Shown: positions 28,203 to 38,724, counted from the first letter of the stretch. The stretch: DNA of 64,000 nucleotides from an uncultured delta proteobacterium (GCA_963822965.1 CAWGJT010000005.1:1440001-1504000); one strand, 5' to 3'. Numbers and translations: made by a program. The notes: a model not told the origin generated them from the letters alone.

Positions 28203-31200
28203 TCAGGGCTTGGTGGCCGCACAGGTCTGGCGGATGGGGGGCGCCCCGAATCCTTCCAGATTGCGGCGCAGGATGACCACGTCCAGGACGTTGCAGTCAC
28301 CGTCCTCGTTGATGTCGCACTTCTGGGGTGGCGTCACCGCCCCCGGAACTTCTGCGAGCACCTCGCGGAGCCGCGTGACATCGGCGGCCTGTATGATGCC
28401 ATCGTCGTCCCAGTCGCCGCAGAAGCAGTCGTCGCCGATGCCGTCGGGCGTGCTCGTCTGGATGCCCCCGGAGTCGAGTCCCGAGTCCGCGATCCACGGA
28501 CAGAGGTCCGAGGCGTCGGGCTGGTTGTCGCCGTCGAAGTCGCAGCTCGCGGGCGCGCAGGTGGGCACGAAGTCGTCGCAGAGCCGGAACGCCTGGGCAT
28601 CCGGGACGAGCTGACCGTCGAGACACAGCTGCGGCTGATCGGGATCGACGCCCACCAGATCCCCGTCGAAGGACACGAAGAGGTCGAGGGCCTGGTCCCC
28701 ATTCAGGTCGATGACCTGGCTGAAGACGACCGGGGCCGCCCCCGGGCCGAGCGCGAGGTCGGGCACCGAGACGTCGCTCGTGGCGTCGAGGCCGAGGGTC
28801 GTGAAGATCGCCGCCGTGATGAATCCGGGAGCCGTGGGGTCGACGTAGTTCGGCTCCTCGCCGGGAATCAGGTCGAATGACAGGCGCTGGGCCCGCCCCG
28901 TACGCACCAGGCCCCACGTGTGCGTGTTGGCGGGATCCGAGGGATCCGGCCAGGAGTAGAGGGTGTCGCCGCCCGCCGAGGGATGCGCGAGCTCCAGCTG
29001 GAGGTGGGCGAGTGTGGGCGGGTCGCCCATGTCGGGGCCCGGAATCCGGAACTCCACGCTCAGAGAGTCCGGTCCGTCGGCGGCGGCGCCGTCGATGTCG
29101 GCGGGCGGATCCTGCTGCACCAGGCCTCCCAGACCATCGCCCAGATAGAAGGCGAAGCCGTCGTAGCTCGTCAGCTCGAGTGCGCCGTCTTGGGTCGTGA
29201 TCTGCGACCCGTCGTCCGGGTTCGTGTCCACGCGAAGGGTGACGATCTCGATGTCCCCCGCGCTGGGGTTCTTGGGCAGCCCCGCCGCGCACACCCAGAT
29301 GCTGCCACCGCCCGAGACCGTGCGCACCTGTGCGGCGGTCGGGATCGCGCCGCTCGCGCTGCGCAGCCGAATCGGATCCGTGTCGGCCAGGTACGCGACG
29401 TCGTCACATCGCCCGTCCAGCACCGGAGTACCGCCGTCCCGAATCTCCTTCGGCTCCACGCTGAGCGACGCAGTGGCCGAGCCGACGCCGCCTTCGCCGT
29501 CGTCGGCGTCGAGCTGCACCGTGTAGTCGCCCGGTGCGAGGTCCACGAGGGACAGGCGCTCACCCGTGCCCGTGCGCGACACGGGACCGGTCACGGTCCA
29601 CGTCAGGGCGGCGCCCGAGAGCGTCCCCGCCTCGTCGCTGTACGCACGACCCAGCAGCACGACCTCCTCTCCCACGCGCAGCCGCGCGTGGTCGGGCACC
29701 GACGCGTCGTCGAGAGTGCGGAAGCCGATCTCCACCTCCAGTGGGTCCGGCAACACCGTGAACGCCGGGGAGAGGGCGCTCGTCGAGTGAAGGCCGTCCG
29801 ACGCCGTGACCTCCAGCCGGCATTGGCTGCACTGACCGAGGCCGCGCGTGTCGCGGCTCAGGCTGTCGAATGGCGTCTGGTAGAGGAGGACCTGCCAGGT
29901 GACTCCATCGTCGCGGCTGTAGCGAACGAGGTAGCGGAGTGGCTCGCCATCCGGGTCGCTGCCGCTCCATGCGGCCTTGAAGTTACCGGAGAAGACCTGC
30001 GCGGCGGCGGGCGCGTCGACGCTGACCGAGGGCGGCGCGCCACCCGCGCCCAGCATGCCCACGACGAGCCCCCCGAATTGGAGGTCGCGCAGCACCAGGC
30101 GCGATACCGCCGGATCGCGCGGGATCCGCGCCACGAGGATGGCGCGCGCGTCGGCGAACTCCTCGTTGGGCAGCAGGTAGACCGGGTGGCTGGATAGGAG
30201 GCCGTCGGCAGCGTCGCGCTGCTCGAGAATCCAGCGCGGGGCGACGGAGAGCTGCGCCAGCAGGACGCTGGTCTTGCCGTCGGCCGCGCCGCTCAGCTCC
30301 AGGGCATGGTCGAACTCGAAGTCGACGCCCCCCACCGTCTCGAGGGCCGAGACCAGGATCTCCGGCCCGGCGGCCTGGGCCCCGGCATCCTGGACGAGCG
30401 CCGCGCCCGCGCCGGCGGGTACGAAGTCGAGCTCCCCGAAGACGCCCTGGTAGGTGTAGTCCGAGGGCCAACGCGCGATGGGTGGGCTGGCGCGGTGGCC
30501 GTAGGACAACAGGTCTGCGGTGACGAGCGGGGGAAGGACGGTGAGGCTGATGGGGTCGAGTCCGACGTGCGCGTCGGGGTCGTCCACGTCGAGCTGGCAC
30601 ACGGGATACGGATAGCCCGGGTCGACCCCGTCCGGATCGCCGGGCGCGCAGTCGATGTGATCGCGGCCGTAGTTGTGGCCGAGCTCGTGGGCCATCGTGA
30701 CGCCACTGACCGAGCTGTTGGCGACGTTGTTCGAAGGGTCGAGGCCGAACTGCAAGAAGACGATGATCGAGCTACCCAGGGAGGAGCCGTTGACGGCCGG
30801 ATTGGGATGTCCCTCTGGCACCAGCACGACCTGATGCGTCACGGCGTTGTCGGCGTCACAGGACGCCGGATCGTCGCGGAAGATGTCGTGGAGCTCCAGG
30901 CGCCACAGCAGGGGCTCGATGTCGTCGTCGTCCTTGCTGACCTCGTAGGGTCCCGACGAGAACGGGAACTCGTACTCCTCCCAGGGGTCGCCGCCCGGCC
31001 AGAACCAACGAACCTCGGGCGTCGGCAGCAGCACCCGGTTGCGCTCGAGCACCCGGCGATAGAAGGAGCGATATCCGCCCACGGTTCCCGCGACGGTGCG
31101 CACGGGCATCACCACCGCGCAGATCGGCGACTTGGGTGCGAAGGAAGGGGCGACCAGCACCTCGTTGTCGGTCTCGTTGGTCTCGCGCACCACCGAGCCC

Positions 31201-33128
31201 GGGTCCAGCACGCCGCGTAGGACGATGTCGCCCTGCGTCCAGGACTCGGGCATCCGGAACAGGATGCCCTCGTCGAGGGTGGTGCGGTCCGGGAGGGCGT
31301 TGCCGAGGGGGTGCGAGAAGCGCGGAATGGGGTCGAGGGGGGAGCCGGGAAGCGGCGATCCACCGGACGTAGTCCCGACCAGATGCGCCAGCGGCCAGGC
31401 GCTGAAGGTCGTCTCACCGAGGGAGCCCGGCTCCACGCGCGCACGCAGGCGGGCGAAGGTCTCCTTTCCTTGTACGAGCGGAACGCTGTTGCTGGGCTCC
31501 TGGACGACCTGTACCACCTCGAGCTCCTCGGCCACGAGGTTGGGCGGAGTCAACGCCTGGGCATTCACGGGCAAGCGGCGGATCACCGAATCGGACACGT
31601 TGACCCAGTAGAGGTAGTCGCCACTGGCGACGAACTGGTAGTAGGTGAAGAAGCGGTCTATGAGCAGCAGCTCATTGCTCGAGCCCGCGAAGCGCCGGCG
31701 CACGAGGTCGCCATTGGGCCCGCGCAGCTCCAGCCAATAGATCGCCTCGTCGTCCACCGCCATGGCCTGGAGTACGGGATCGCCGACCGCCACGGTCGCC
31801 TCGACGGTCGGCGCGCCTCCCAGCTCGAGGTCCGAGCGCACGGTCACGGGGCCGCTGCCCACCGCCGGGCCGTCGGCCCAGTAGACGCGGCCGTTTCCCA
31901 GGGCGTAGCTCTGGGCACGCCCGATCTGCGTTCCGAGCCAGAAGTCGCCGAAGGGCCCGCCGGTGATGAAGTCCGCGCGGTAGAGAAACTCGCCGCTGCG
32001 ATAGAAGACGCGGCCGTCGGCGCTGGCGCGAAGATCCTTTGCTGGCGCCCCCACGATCAGGAGCAGGCTGCGCGCACCTCCCTCCTGAGGCGCCCGGTAG
32101 ATCGATCCGTTCTCGTTCCACCACACGTAGCCCCCGGCCAGCGCCACGTGTACGCCAGCGGGTGTCGCCGAAGCTGCCATGTCGGCGACCGGGAGCGGCG
32201 CCGAGATCGCGGGCGCAGTGCGCACCCGGACGATGCGCCCGTCGCCGGCCGCCCAGTAGACCCCCGTGTTGCCCACGGCGAGATTCACGGAGGCGAAACG
32301 GTCGGGGTCGCATCCCGTCGATTGAAAGAGGAAGCGGGGATCGATCGCGGACCCGTTCTTCGAACCCACCTTGCTCTCCGGCGGGTCGAACTCTCCCCCG
32401 CACCCCACCGCGTAGTAGATCGTGCTGAATCGCCTGGCGAGACTGCTCACCTCCGTGTCGAGGAAGCCCTCCACCTGGGCGCTCGCGTGCGAGGGGACCC
32501 CCGCGGCCGCGACCAGGGTCATCAGGGCGGCCATGGAATGCCGCCGGCGGCGCCGCGCGAGGGCGCGAAGCATCGCGAGCCCCGCAGCGAGCATCGCCAG
32601 CACGCTCGGCTCGGGGACGGCCACCACGGGCCGAGCCTGCAAATCCTCCAGCGTGAGACGACTCCGCACGGCCTCCCCCTCTAGGAGGTCGAGGGAGGCG
32701 CCCATCGGTCCCTGCACGGTGAGGTCGGCGATCTTGGTCGGGCCGAGCCCGCCTTCGGGGTCGCCGCCGTTCAGGTTCACGAGCGTCCCCTCGATGTGCG
32801 CCACCACGTCGAATGCCTCGGCAATGCCGAGCAGCGCGAGCCCGCCGCTGCCCGCAAGCGCCACGTCCCAGCCGCAGACTTCGTCGCCGTCCCCGCGCTC
32901 GCAGGGATCCACGCTCGAGGCGACGGAGCCTCCGTCCACGTAGAGGTGGAGCGTCACGGGGGTGCCGGCCGCGATCGCGACCGGCCCTGCCGGTGCGGAG
33001 CCGTCGTCGGCGGGGCTGTGGTAGAGGCGGAGCGGCTCCGCCCGGGCTGCGCCGGTCGCCAGCAGGCCGAGTCCCGAGATGACCAGGGCGAGAATGCCAC
33101 GCACACGCCGTAGGGCTCGAAACACCAT
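28203..33128 (-). CDS. Large secreted multidomain protein: internal PEP-CTERM, propeller-like repeats, metzincin-type peptidase, Ig-like domains, dockerin-like end
   Basis: Signal peptide; VPEP-TM-RRRRR at residue 171; HELGHNYGRDH; ETNETDN; GDWDDDG..D and DINEDGDCNVLD. Confidence 0.85.
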   Translation of the reverse strand: MVFRALRRVRGILALVISGLGLLATGAARAEPLRLYHSPADDGSAPAGPVAIAAGTPVTLHLYVDGGSVASSVDPCERGDGDEVCGWDVALAGSGGLALLGIAEAFDVVAHIEGTLVNLNGGDPEGGLGPTKIADLTVQGPMGASLDLLEGEAVRSRLTLEDLQARPVVAVPEPSVLAMLAAGLAMLRALARRRRRHSMAALMTLVAAAGVPSHASAQVEGFLDTEVSSLARRFSTIYYAVGCGGEFDPPESKVGSKNGSAIDPRFLFQSTGCDPDRFASVNLAVGNTGVYWAAGDGRIVRVRTAPAISAPLPVADMAASATPAGVHVALAGGYVWWNENGSIYRAPQEGGARSLLLIVGAPAKDLRASADGRVFYRSGEFLYRADFITGGPFGDFWLGTQIGRAQSYALGNGRVYWADGPAVGSGPVTVRSDLELGGAPTVEATVAVGDPVLQAMAVDDEAIYWLELRGPNGDLVRRRFAGSSNELLLIDRFFTYYQFVASGDYLYWVNVSDSVIRRLPVNAQALTPPNLVAEELEVVQVVQEPSNSVPLVQGKETFARLRARVEPGSLGETTFSAWPLAHLVGTTSGGSPLPGSPLDPIPRFSHPLGNALPDRTTLDEGILFRMPESWTQGDIVLRGVLDPGSVVRETNETDNEVLVAPSFAPKSPICAVVMPVRTVAGTVGGYRSFYRRVLERNRVLLPTPEVRWFWPGGDPWEEYEFPFSSGPYEVSKDDDDIEPLLWRLELHDIFRDDPASCDADNAVTHQVVLVPEGHPNPAVNGSSLGSSIIVFLQFGLDPSNNVANSSVSGVTMAHELGHNYGRDHIDCAPGDPDGVDPGYPYPVCQLDVDDPDAHVGLDPISLTVLPPLVTADLLSYGHRASPPIARWPSDYTYQGVFGELDFVPAGAGAALVQDAGAQAAGPEILVSALETVGGVDFEFDHALELSGAADGKTSVLLAQLSVAPRWILEQRDAADGLLSSHPVYLLPNEEFADARAILVARIPRDPAVSRLVLRDLQFGGLVVGMLGAGGAPPSVSVDAPAAAQVFSGNFKAAWSGSDPDGEPLRYLVRYSRDDGVTWQVLLYQTPFDSLSRDTRGLGQCSQCRLEVTASDGLHSTSALSPAFTVLPDPLEVEIGFRTLDDASVPDHARLRVGEEVVLLGRAYSDEAGTLSGAALTWTVTGPVSRTGTGERLSLVDLAPGDYTVQLDADDGEGGVGSATASLSVEPKEIRDGGTPVLDGRCDDVAYLADTDPIRLRSASGAIPTAAQVRTVSGGGSIWVCAAGLPKNPSAGDIEIVTLRVDTNPDDGSQITTQDGALELTSYDGFAFYLGDGLGGLVQQDPPADIDGAAADGPDSLSVEFRIPGPDMGDPPTLAHLQLELAHPSAGGDTLYSWPDPSDPANTHTWGLVRTGRAQRLSFDLIPGEEPNYVDPTAPGFITAAIFTTLGLDATSDVSVPDLALGPGAAPVVFSQVIDLNGDQALDLFVSFDGDLVGVDPDQPQLCLDGQLVPDAQAFRLCDDFVPTCAPASCDFDGDNQPDASDLCPWIADSGLDSGGIQTSTPDGIGDDCFCGDWDDDGIIQAADVTRLREVLAEVPGAVTPPQKCDINEDGDCNVLDVVILRRNLEGFGAPPIRQTCAATKP

Positions 33129-33376
33129 GGCGTCAGCCTATCAACCCGACCGGGGGTCGATCTTGGATGGTTCTGTGATGATGCAAGGTGCGCGAGGCGT
33201 CACCGAGCCATCGGATGCTTCCGCCGCGGAAGAGAACTCCCGCGGCTGGCTGCATGCCAGCGTCTCGACCCCGGTAGCGGAGATCCCCTGGGGTTCGTGA
33301 TGCAAGGGAAAGGGACAGGCGGTGACAGTGGCTCCGCGGGTCGCCCCGGCCAACGCGATGCTTCGCGCTCTCGGGC

Positions 33377-34279
33377 CTACTCGACGCGGAGCCTGGGCGT
33401 GCCGCCCGGGAACTTGGGTCCGGTCAGGTACCGCAGGGTCGACTCCTGGGTGCAGGAGGCGACGAGATGGCCGTGCACGTCGTAGAGCAGGCCTCGCCCG
33501 ACGGCACGGCCGCCCCAGGCAGCGGGGCTGTCGAGCTCGAAGAGCATCCACTCGTCGACGCGGAAGGGACGGTGGAACCAGATGGCGTGGTCGAGGCTGG
33601 CCGTCTGCATGTCCATCGTGTTCACCGGGTGGGGATCCAGTGCCGCCGACATGATCGCGTAGTCCGATGCGTACGCGAAGCACGCCTGGTGCAGCGCGGG
33701 GTCGTCGGGCAGGCGGCTGCGGAAGCGCATCCAGCAGCGGGCGCTCGGTGGCCGCACTTCGCGCGAGAACAAGCCCAGGCCGCCCACGGCGCGGATCTCG
33801 ACGGCCAGCTCGAATTCGAGCTCCCCGATGGTGTCGCCGCCGGGCACCATCACACGCAGCATCGTCTCCTCGTAGCTCTCGCCCTCGGGCTCCGCGACCT
33901 CGTCCATCGGAATCTGGTGCTCGGGCCCCGTCTCGGGCATGTGGTGCGATACGAGCATCTCGAGGATCGGCGTGTCGTCCTGGCTCGCCACGACCTGGTT
34001 GGTCTCGAACGCCCGGGACCGGCGGCGCAGGTCGACGCGAAAGCGGATCGGCCGGGTCGGGTCGCCCCGCTTCAGGAAGTAGGCGTGGAGCGAGTTCGCG
34101 GGATGGCCGCGCGAGCAGTGCTGGGACGCGACGAGCGCCTGGGCCAGCACCTGCCCCCCGAAGAGGTGGACGCCGCCGTGGCTCTCGCAGTCGCCTTCGA
34201 AAGAGTCGCCTTCGAAAGAGTCGTCTTCGACCTGGTTCAGGTTCAGGACCGAGAGCAGTCTGTCGATCGATTCCGTCAT
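33377..34279 (-). CDS. tesB: Acyl-CoA thioesterase II, second copy
   Basis: Protein identical to 22752-23654 in the ORF track. Confidence 0.93.
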   Translation of the reverse strand: MTESIDRLLSVLNLNQVEDDSFEGDSFEGDCESHGGVHLFGGQVLAQALVASQHCSRGHPANSLHAYFLKRGDPTRPIRFRVDLRRRSRAFETNQVVASQDDTPILEMLVSHHMPETGPEHQIPMDEVAEPEGESYEETMLRVMVPGGDTIGELEFELAVEIRAVGGLGLFSREVRPPSARCWMRFRSRLPDDPALHQACFAYASDYAIMSAALDPHPVNTMDMQTASLDHAIWFHRPFRVDEWMLFELDSPAAWGGRAVGRGLLYDVHGHLVASCTQESTLRYLTGPKFPGGTPRLRVE

Positions 34280-34339
34280 GGCGGCGGCGAGTCTACCGAC
34301 TCCGGGCCGGCGTCACGTGAGCCGGGCCCGCAGCGCCCG

Positions 34340-34888
34340 TCAGGAGCCGGGCGGGCCGGTGCTCACCGCGGTCGCCGAGGCGGCCAGGTCATCGGGGGTC
34401 CGCCGGAAGGTGAGCTCGTAGTCGAGCAGGTCCGGCAGCAGGTGGGAGTGCGTGGTCACGTGCATGGTGAGGCGCCCGCCGTCGTCGCTCAGCTGGAAGC
34501 GCGTCTCCCGCTTGCCCTCGAAGCTCGATTGTCGCAGCACGAGGGCGCCGTGCTCGTAGCGGGCGTCGTGGGGGAAGTCCGGAGCCCCGACGACCTCGAG
34601 CCGGATGCCCGCGTCGCCCGCCCGGATCTCGATCCGCTCGGGCACGCGGACGCTGCGCTCGAGGCGGCGCCGCGCAAGGCCGCGCAGCAGCGGATTGAAG
34701 CGCTCGACGAGGTCGTCGACCGTTCCCTTCAGCGAGCGCGCCTCCTGCTCGCCTCCCGCGAAGCCGTAGCTGCCGAGAAACCGGGTCGGGTCGAGGCGGG
34801 GCCCGGCACCGTCCGCCCACGCGGCGCCCGAGATCCCGAGCAGAGAGAGCATCAGCAACGACAGCAGCAGCCGGGGGAGACGGGGCAT
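34340..34888 (-). CDS. Secreted hypothetical protein, second copy
   Basis: One residue (T to S) differs from 23715-24263. Confidence 0.75.
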   Translation of the reverse strand: MPRLPRLLLSLLMLSLLGISGAAWADGAGPRLDPTRFLGSYGFAGGEQEARSLKGTVDDLVERFNPLLRGLARRRLERSVRVPERIEIRAGDAGIRLEVVGAPDFPHDARYEHGALVLRQSSFEGKRETRFQLSDDGGRLTMHVTTHSHLLPDLLDYELTFRRTPDDLAASATAVSTGPPGS

Positions 34889-34897
34889 GGGCTCGGA

Positions 34898-35281
34898 TCA
34901 GGTCCTCGTGAACTCGCGGATGAGGCCCGCCGCACCGCGACCGAGGCAGGCGACCGCCTCCTCGCGACCGACCTGGCCGGAGAGCCACAGCTCGACGACC
35001 GCCGGAATCGTGGCGGCGATCATCGAGGTCAGCGCCAGGGCGTCCCGCTCGGGCGCGCCGGTCACCTCCTGCACGCGCGCGAACCACGGGCCGGCGACCT
35101 CGGCGCGCACCTTGCGGGCGACGCTCTCGATGTCGGGGTCGGGGGGGATGCGAACACCGTCGACACCCTGGGTGGTGAGCAGCTCCGCGGCCACCGCAAG
35201 CAGCTGCGCGCGGCGATCGGCCGCCCACAGTCGTCCGTGGGAGGGAGGCTCGACGAGCTCGAGGTTGCGGCGAGGGGGAAA
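34898..35281 (-). pseudogene. TetR copy with in-frame 81-codon deletion removing the HTH
   Basis: GVRIP joined to PDPDIES; the TTG start of copy 1 reads TTC here. Confidence 0.88.
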
Positions 35282-35376
35282 GGGGGTTTCTCAGTAAATC
35301 CAGCGAAGTGACAAACTGTATAGATATCTAGTCAAGATGCAACTCGCACGGAGATGCGGCAGCCGGCCCAGCCCCG

Positions 35377-35931
35377 CTAGAGGCCGAAGCCGTTCCACAC
35401 GAGCAGCACCCAGATGGCGCTGGCCAGGATCGTCTTGCCCAGGGTGCCGGCCAGGCGTCCCACCGTGGCGCCGAACGCCGCGCGGAGGTTGCCGCGCGTG
35501 GTGCGGTGCTCGCCGGGCATGCCCGTTGCCTCGCCCAGGAAGGCGCCCACGAAGGTGCCCACCAGCGCGCCGACGAGGCTCCCCACCAGCGGCACCGGCA
35601 GCGCCACCGTGAACACGATGGCCCCCACGATGCCGCCCAGGATCGCGCCCCACATGCCGCGCTTCGTGCCACCGCCGTAGCGGCTGCCCGCAGCCCCCGC
35701 TCCGGCCTCGATGGCCTCCGCGACCAGCCCGAGCCCGCCGCAGACGCCGAGCAGCCGCCAGCCGAAGGTCACGGTCTGGGGGGCCGGCAGCACCAGGGTG
35801 TCCCCCAGCTCCACCAGCACCGCGAGCCCCAGCATGATCCACATGCCCGGGATGCCGAAGGGGATCGAGACCACGCAGGCCACGCCCACGAGCGCAAAGA
35901 ACGACACGAGCACGTAGGCCTGCCATTCCAT
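35377..35931 (-). CDS. DUF456-family membrane protein
   Basis: Hydrophobic; GSRYGGGTKRGMWGAILGGIVG..GAFLGE. Confidence 0.85.
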   Translation of the reverse strand: MEWQAYVLVSFFALVGVACVVSIPFGIPGMWIMLGLAVLVELGDTLVLPAPQTVTFGWRLLGVCGGLGLVAEAIEAGAGAAGSRYGGGTKRGMWGAILGGIVGAIVFTVALPVPLVGSLVGALVGTFVGAFLGEATGMPGEHRTTRGNLRAAFGATVGRLAGTLGKTILASAIWVLLVWNGFGL

Positions 35932-35974
35932 GGAAGCCCCCCTCGAGCGCGGGCGCGTGGGCGCGAAGAACGAA

Positions 35975-36062
35975 TGGCGGAGAGGGTGGGATTCGAACCC
36001 ACGAGGGCTCGCGCCCTGGCGGTTTTCAAGACCGCTGCCTTCGACCGCTCGGCCACCTCTCC
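35975..36062 (-). tRNA. tRNA-Ser(TGA)
   Basis: GCGGT-CTTGAAA-ACCGC, long variable arm, GTTCGAATCC, 3' GCCA. Confidence 0.97.
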
Positions 36063-36525
36063 GGGTTTCGAATCAATAGGTTAGCGCGGTGATCGACCGC
36101 TGAGGCAAGCAGGATACAAGCGGTCGCGTCGGCAAGCCGTAGCACCCCTGCCACGGAACGACTCGAGCGCCATCCGCACGTCCTTCGCGGGGTCGATGAC
36201 CGTGCGTCGGAGAGCAGGGCGTCCAGCTGTCACCCCCAGCCCTGCAGGAACGCCGCGGAGAGGAAGGCGGTAGCCGGGAGAAGCAGGCTCATCGTGACGA
36301 CATCGATCGCCGCGGCCCGCGGCATCGTGAAACGCAACGACGGCATCGGGATCGCAGCGCCGATCGAGCTCGCGGAGGAGTCCAAAGCGGCATGCTCGTC
36401 GCCCTCGATGCCGACACCAGCACCGCAGGAAATCCGGATGGTTGCGCGATTCCGAGCGGAAAAGGGGCGGGAATACGGGCACAAAGTGGTCACAATGGAG
36501 AGGCTCTCACGAAGGAGTTTCATCC

Positions 36526-37884
36526 GTGTCTGCTGCTCTCCATCCGCCTCGCGCGCCTGGACCGCCGATTCTCGGCAGCGCCGTGGCGATGGCCTCCGAT
36601 CCGCTCGGCTTCCTGCTCGAGCAGCATCGGCGCCTGGGCCCGATCTTCCGGCTCCGCGCCGGCCACCTGAAGCTCGTCGTGATGGCGGGCGAGCGGGCCA
36701 ACGCGTTCGCCCATGGAGAGGGTGCGGACTGTCTGTCGAGCCGCGAGACCTGGGCTCCGACTCTTCGGGAGTTCGGCGCACCCAACAACTTCGTCGGTCT
36801 CGACGGCGATCCGCACCGCTTGCTCCGAAAGAGGTTCGCGAGCCACTTCTCGCGCAGAGCCGCCGAAGCGCGTCTCCCCGCGCTCGTCGATCTCACGCTG
36901 GCCGCCTTCCAGGAGCACTCGGTGGGCGACGAGATCCCGTTCGTGGCATTCAGCCAGGCGCTGGCCTCGCGCCAGGTAGGCACGCTCCTCGTCGGACGCG
37001 TCCCGTCGCGGGAGGAGCACGACGCGATCCTCCGTTACACGAACGCAGTCGTGGTCAACCTCTCCCTCCGGCGCATGCCGCACTGGCTGTTCAGGGCTTC
37101 ACGGGGCCGCCAGTTTCGACGGGATCGCGAGACCGCGTTCCGGTTCTCGCGAGAGCTGGTGGAGCAGCGGAGTCACGAAGGACTCGACGACGCATCGAAC
37201 TTCATCGATGCCATGGATCTCGCGTCCCGCGAATACCCGAACCTGTTCGCAGCAAACGAGCTCGTTTCGGCCGGGCTCCTCCCGTTCTTCGCCGGCGTCG
37301 ACACGGTCGGCCAGACCAACGTCTTCATCCTCTACGAGCTGCTGCGCCACCCCGAGCTCCTCGAGCGTGCCCGTGCCGAGGCGGATCGGCTCTTCGATGG
37401 CGGACAGCTGGACCCACGCGCGCTCCGCGAGGCCGAGGATCTGAACGGCGCCGTGAACGAGGCGCTGCGCCTGCATCCCGTGGCATTCGCGATGCCTCGG
37501 ACGGCGGCGCGCGACTTCACGTTCGAGGGCTTCGGGGTCGATCGCGGCGCGTCGGTGATGGTCTTCACGTCGGCCTGTCACTTCGACCCGGGGTACTTCC
37601 CCGAGCCGGAGCGCTTCGACATCGAGCGCCATCGGCCGCCCCGCGACGAACACCGTCGCCCCGACGTCTTCGCACCCTGGGGCCGCGGACCGCACCAGTG
37701 CCTCGGAGCCGGGCTCGCCGGCGTCCAGATGGGTGCGACGCTCGCGACGATTCTCCACCACTGCGAGCTCGAGCTGGCCGAGCCCGAGCGCGAGTTTCCC
37801 CACGTGCTCCGGCCTTCGCTCTCGCTTGGGCCGGAGTTCAAGATCCGATTCAACGGGTGGCGTCGGGACCGCGGCCTCGCGTGA
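36526..37884 (+). CDS. Cytochrome P450
   Basis: FAGVDT, EALR, PERF, WGRGPHQCLG; AAGGAG RBS. Confidence 0.93.
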   Translation: MSAALHPPRAPGPPILGSAVAMASDPLGFLLEQHRRLGPIFRLRAGHLKLVVMAGERANAFAHGEGADCLSSRETWAPTLREFGAPNNFVGLDGDPHRLLRKRFASHFSRRAAEARLPALVDLTLAAFQEHSVGDEIPFVAFSQALASRQVGTLLVGRVPSREEHDAILRYTNAVVVNLSLRRMPHWLFRASRGRQFRRDRETAFRFSRELVEQRSHEGLDDASNFIDAMDLASREYPNLFAANELVSAGLLPFFAGVDTVGQTNVFILYELLRHPELLERARAEADRLFDGGQLDPRALREAEDLNGAVNEALRLHPVAFAMPRTAARDFTFEGFGVDRGASVMVFTSACHFDPGYFPEPERFDIERHRPPRDEHRRPDVFAPWGRGPHQCLGAGLAGVQMGATLATILHHCELELAEPEREFPHVLRPSLSLGPEFKIRFNGWRRDRGLA

Positions 37885-37988
37885 TTCCGGGCGCGTCGTG
37901 GTTCGAAGCCGACCCGAGGCGCTCGCGTGCCCGGCTCGGTATGCAGCCGCTGCGATTCGTGATACAAGTGTCGCTGGAGGGCAGAGAG

Positions 37989-38612
37989 ATGAGCTGGCTC
38001 CGACGACGCGGTGCACGTGCGGCTTGTTGCGTTCTTCTCCTCACGACGATGTACCCGGTGGCAGCCAGGGCCACGACGGTCGTGACGACGATCGACACCA
38101 CCGTCTTGGCCTCGGACGTCTCGCTCCTCCCGGTGGGCGTTCGGGTCTTCTGGACACTCACCTTCGACTCCGGAGCTCCCGACGAAGACCCTTCGCCCGA
38201 TGTGTTCCTGGCGACGGGCTTCCCGGCAGACAGCGCGCGTGCCGAGCGGCCTCCCTATCCCGCCGAGCCGACCAGCACGCTCGCATCCAACGGCTTCCTC
38301 ACGCAGATCTCGGCAACGGGCTCGACCGGCACGTGGCAGGCGACTGGCAACCTGGATCTGATCGGCCTGCTCCCCTTCGACATCACGCTCACGGGCATCG
38401 GGATCTCGGTCGACTCCCCGCTGCCCGAGTTCGAGGCCTTCGCGGGTGGCACCGTCGAGCTCGACGTGAGCTCGCAGCAGGCCCTGATCGGCGGCACGTT
38501 CACGACCATGCAGGTCGACGCCATTCACGTCCCCGAAGCGTCGTCGGGGCTTCTCCTTGCCCTCGCCTGTGCGGCAGCCGCCTGGCCGGCGAGCCGGTAC
38601 GGATCGGCCTGA
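37989..38612 (+). CDS. PEP-CTERM-type secreted protein
   Basis: Signal peptide ending ARA; C-terminal VPEASSGLLLALAC. Confidence 0.75.
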   Translation: MSWLRRRGARAACCVLLLTTMYPVAARATTVVTTIDTTVLASDVSLLPVGVRVFWTLTFDSGAPDEDPSPDVFLATGFPADSARAERPPYPAEPTSTLASNGFLTQISATGSTGTWQATGNLDLIGLLPFDITLTGIGISVDSPLPEFEAFAGGTVELDVSSQQALIGGTFTTMQVDAIHVPEASSGLLLALACAAAAWPASRYGSA

Positions 38613-38724
38613 GCGCGATCGAAGGTGAGGAGACGATCGGGGGTGCCGAGCAGCTCGCGCTCTGCCGTCGCTTGACTGACCCGTCTCGCTGCTACTCTGC
38701 TTGGCCGCACCCACACGGTTCGCC

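Larger units (their letters stand above)
33323..35343. repeat. Direct repeat, copy 2
   Basis: Aligns with 22698-24961; has a 243-bp internal deletion. Confidence 0.97.

Noticed and set aside
36294..37988. Long Arg/Pro/Ala-rich alternative-frame and antisense ORFs throughout the window
   Set aside because: Shadows of real genes in high-GC DNA; no recognisable motifs.
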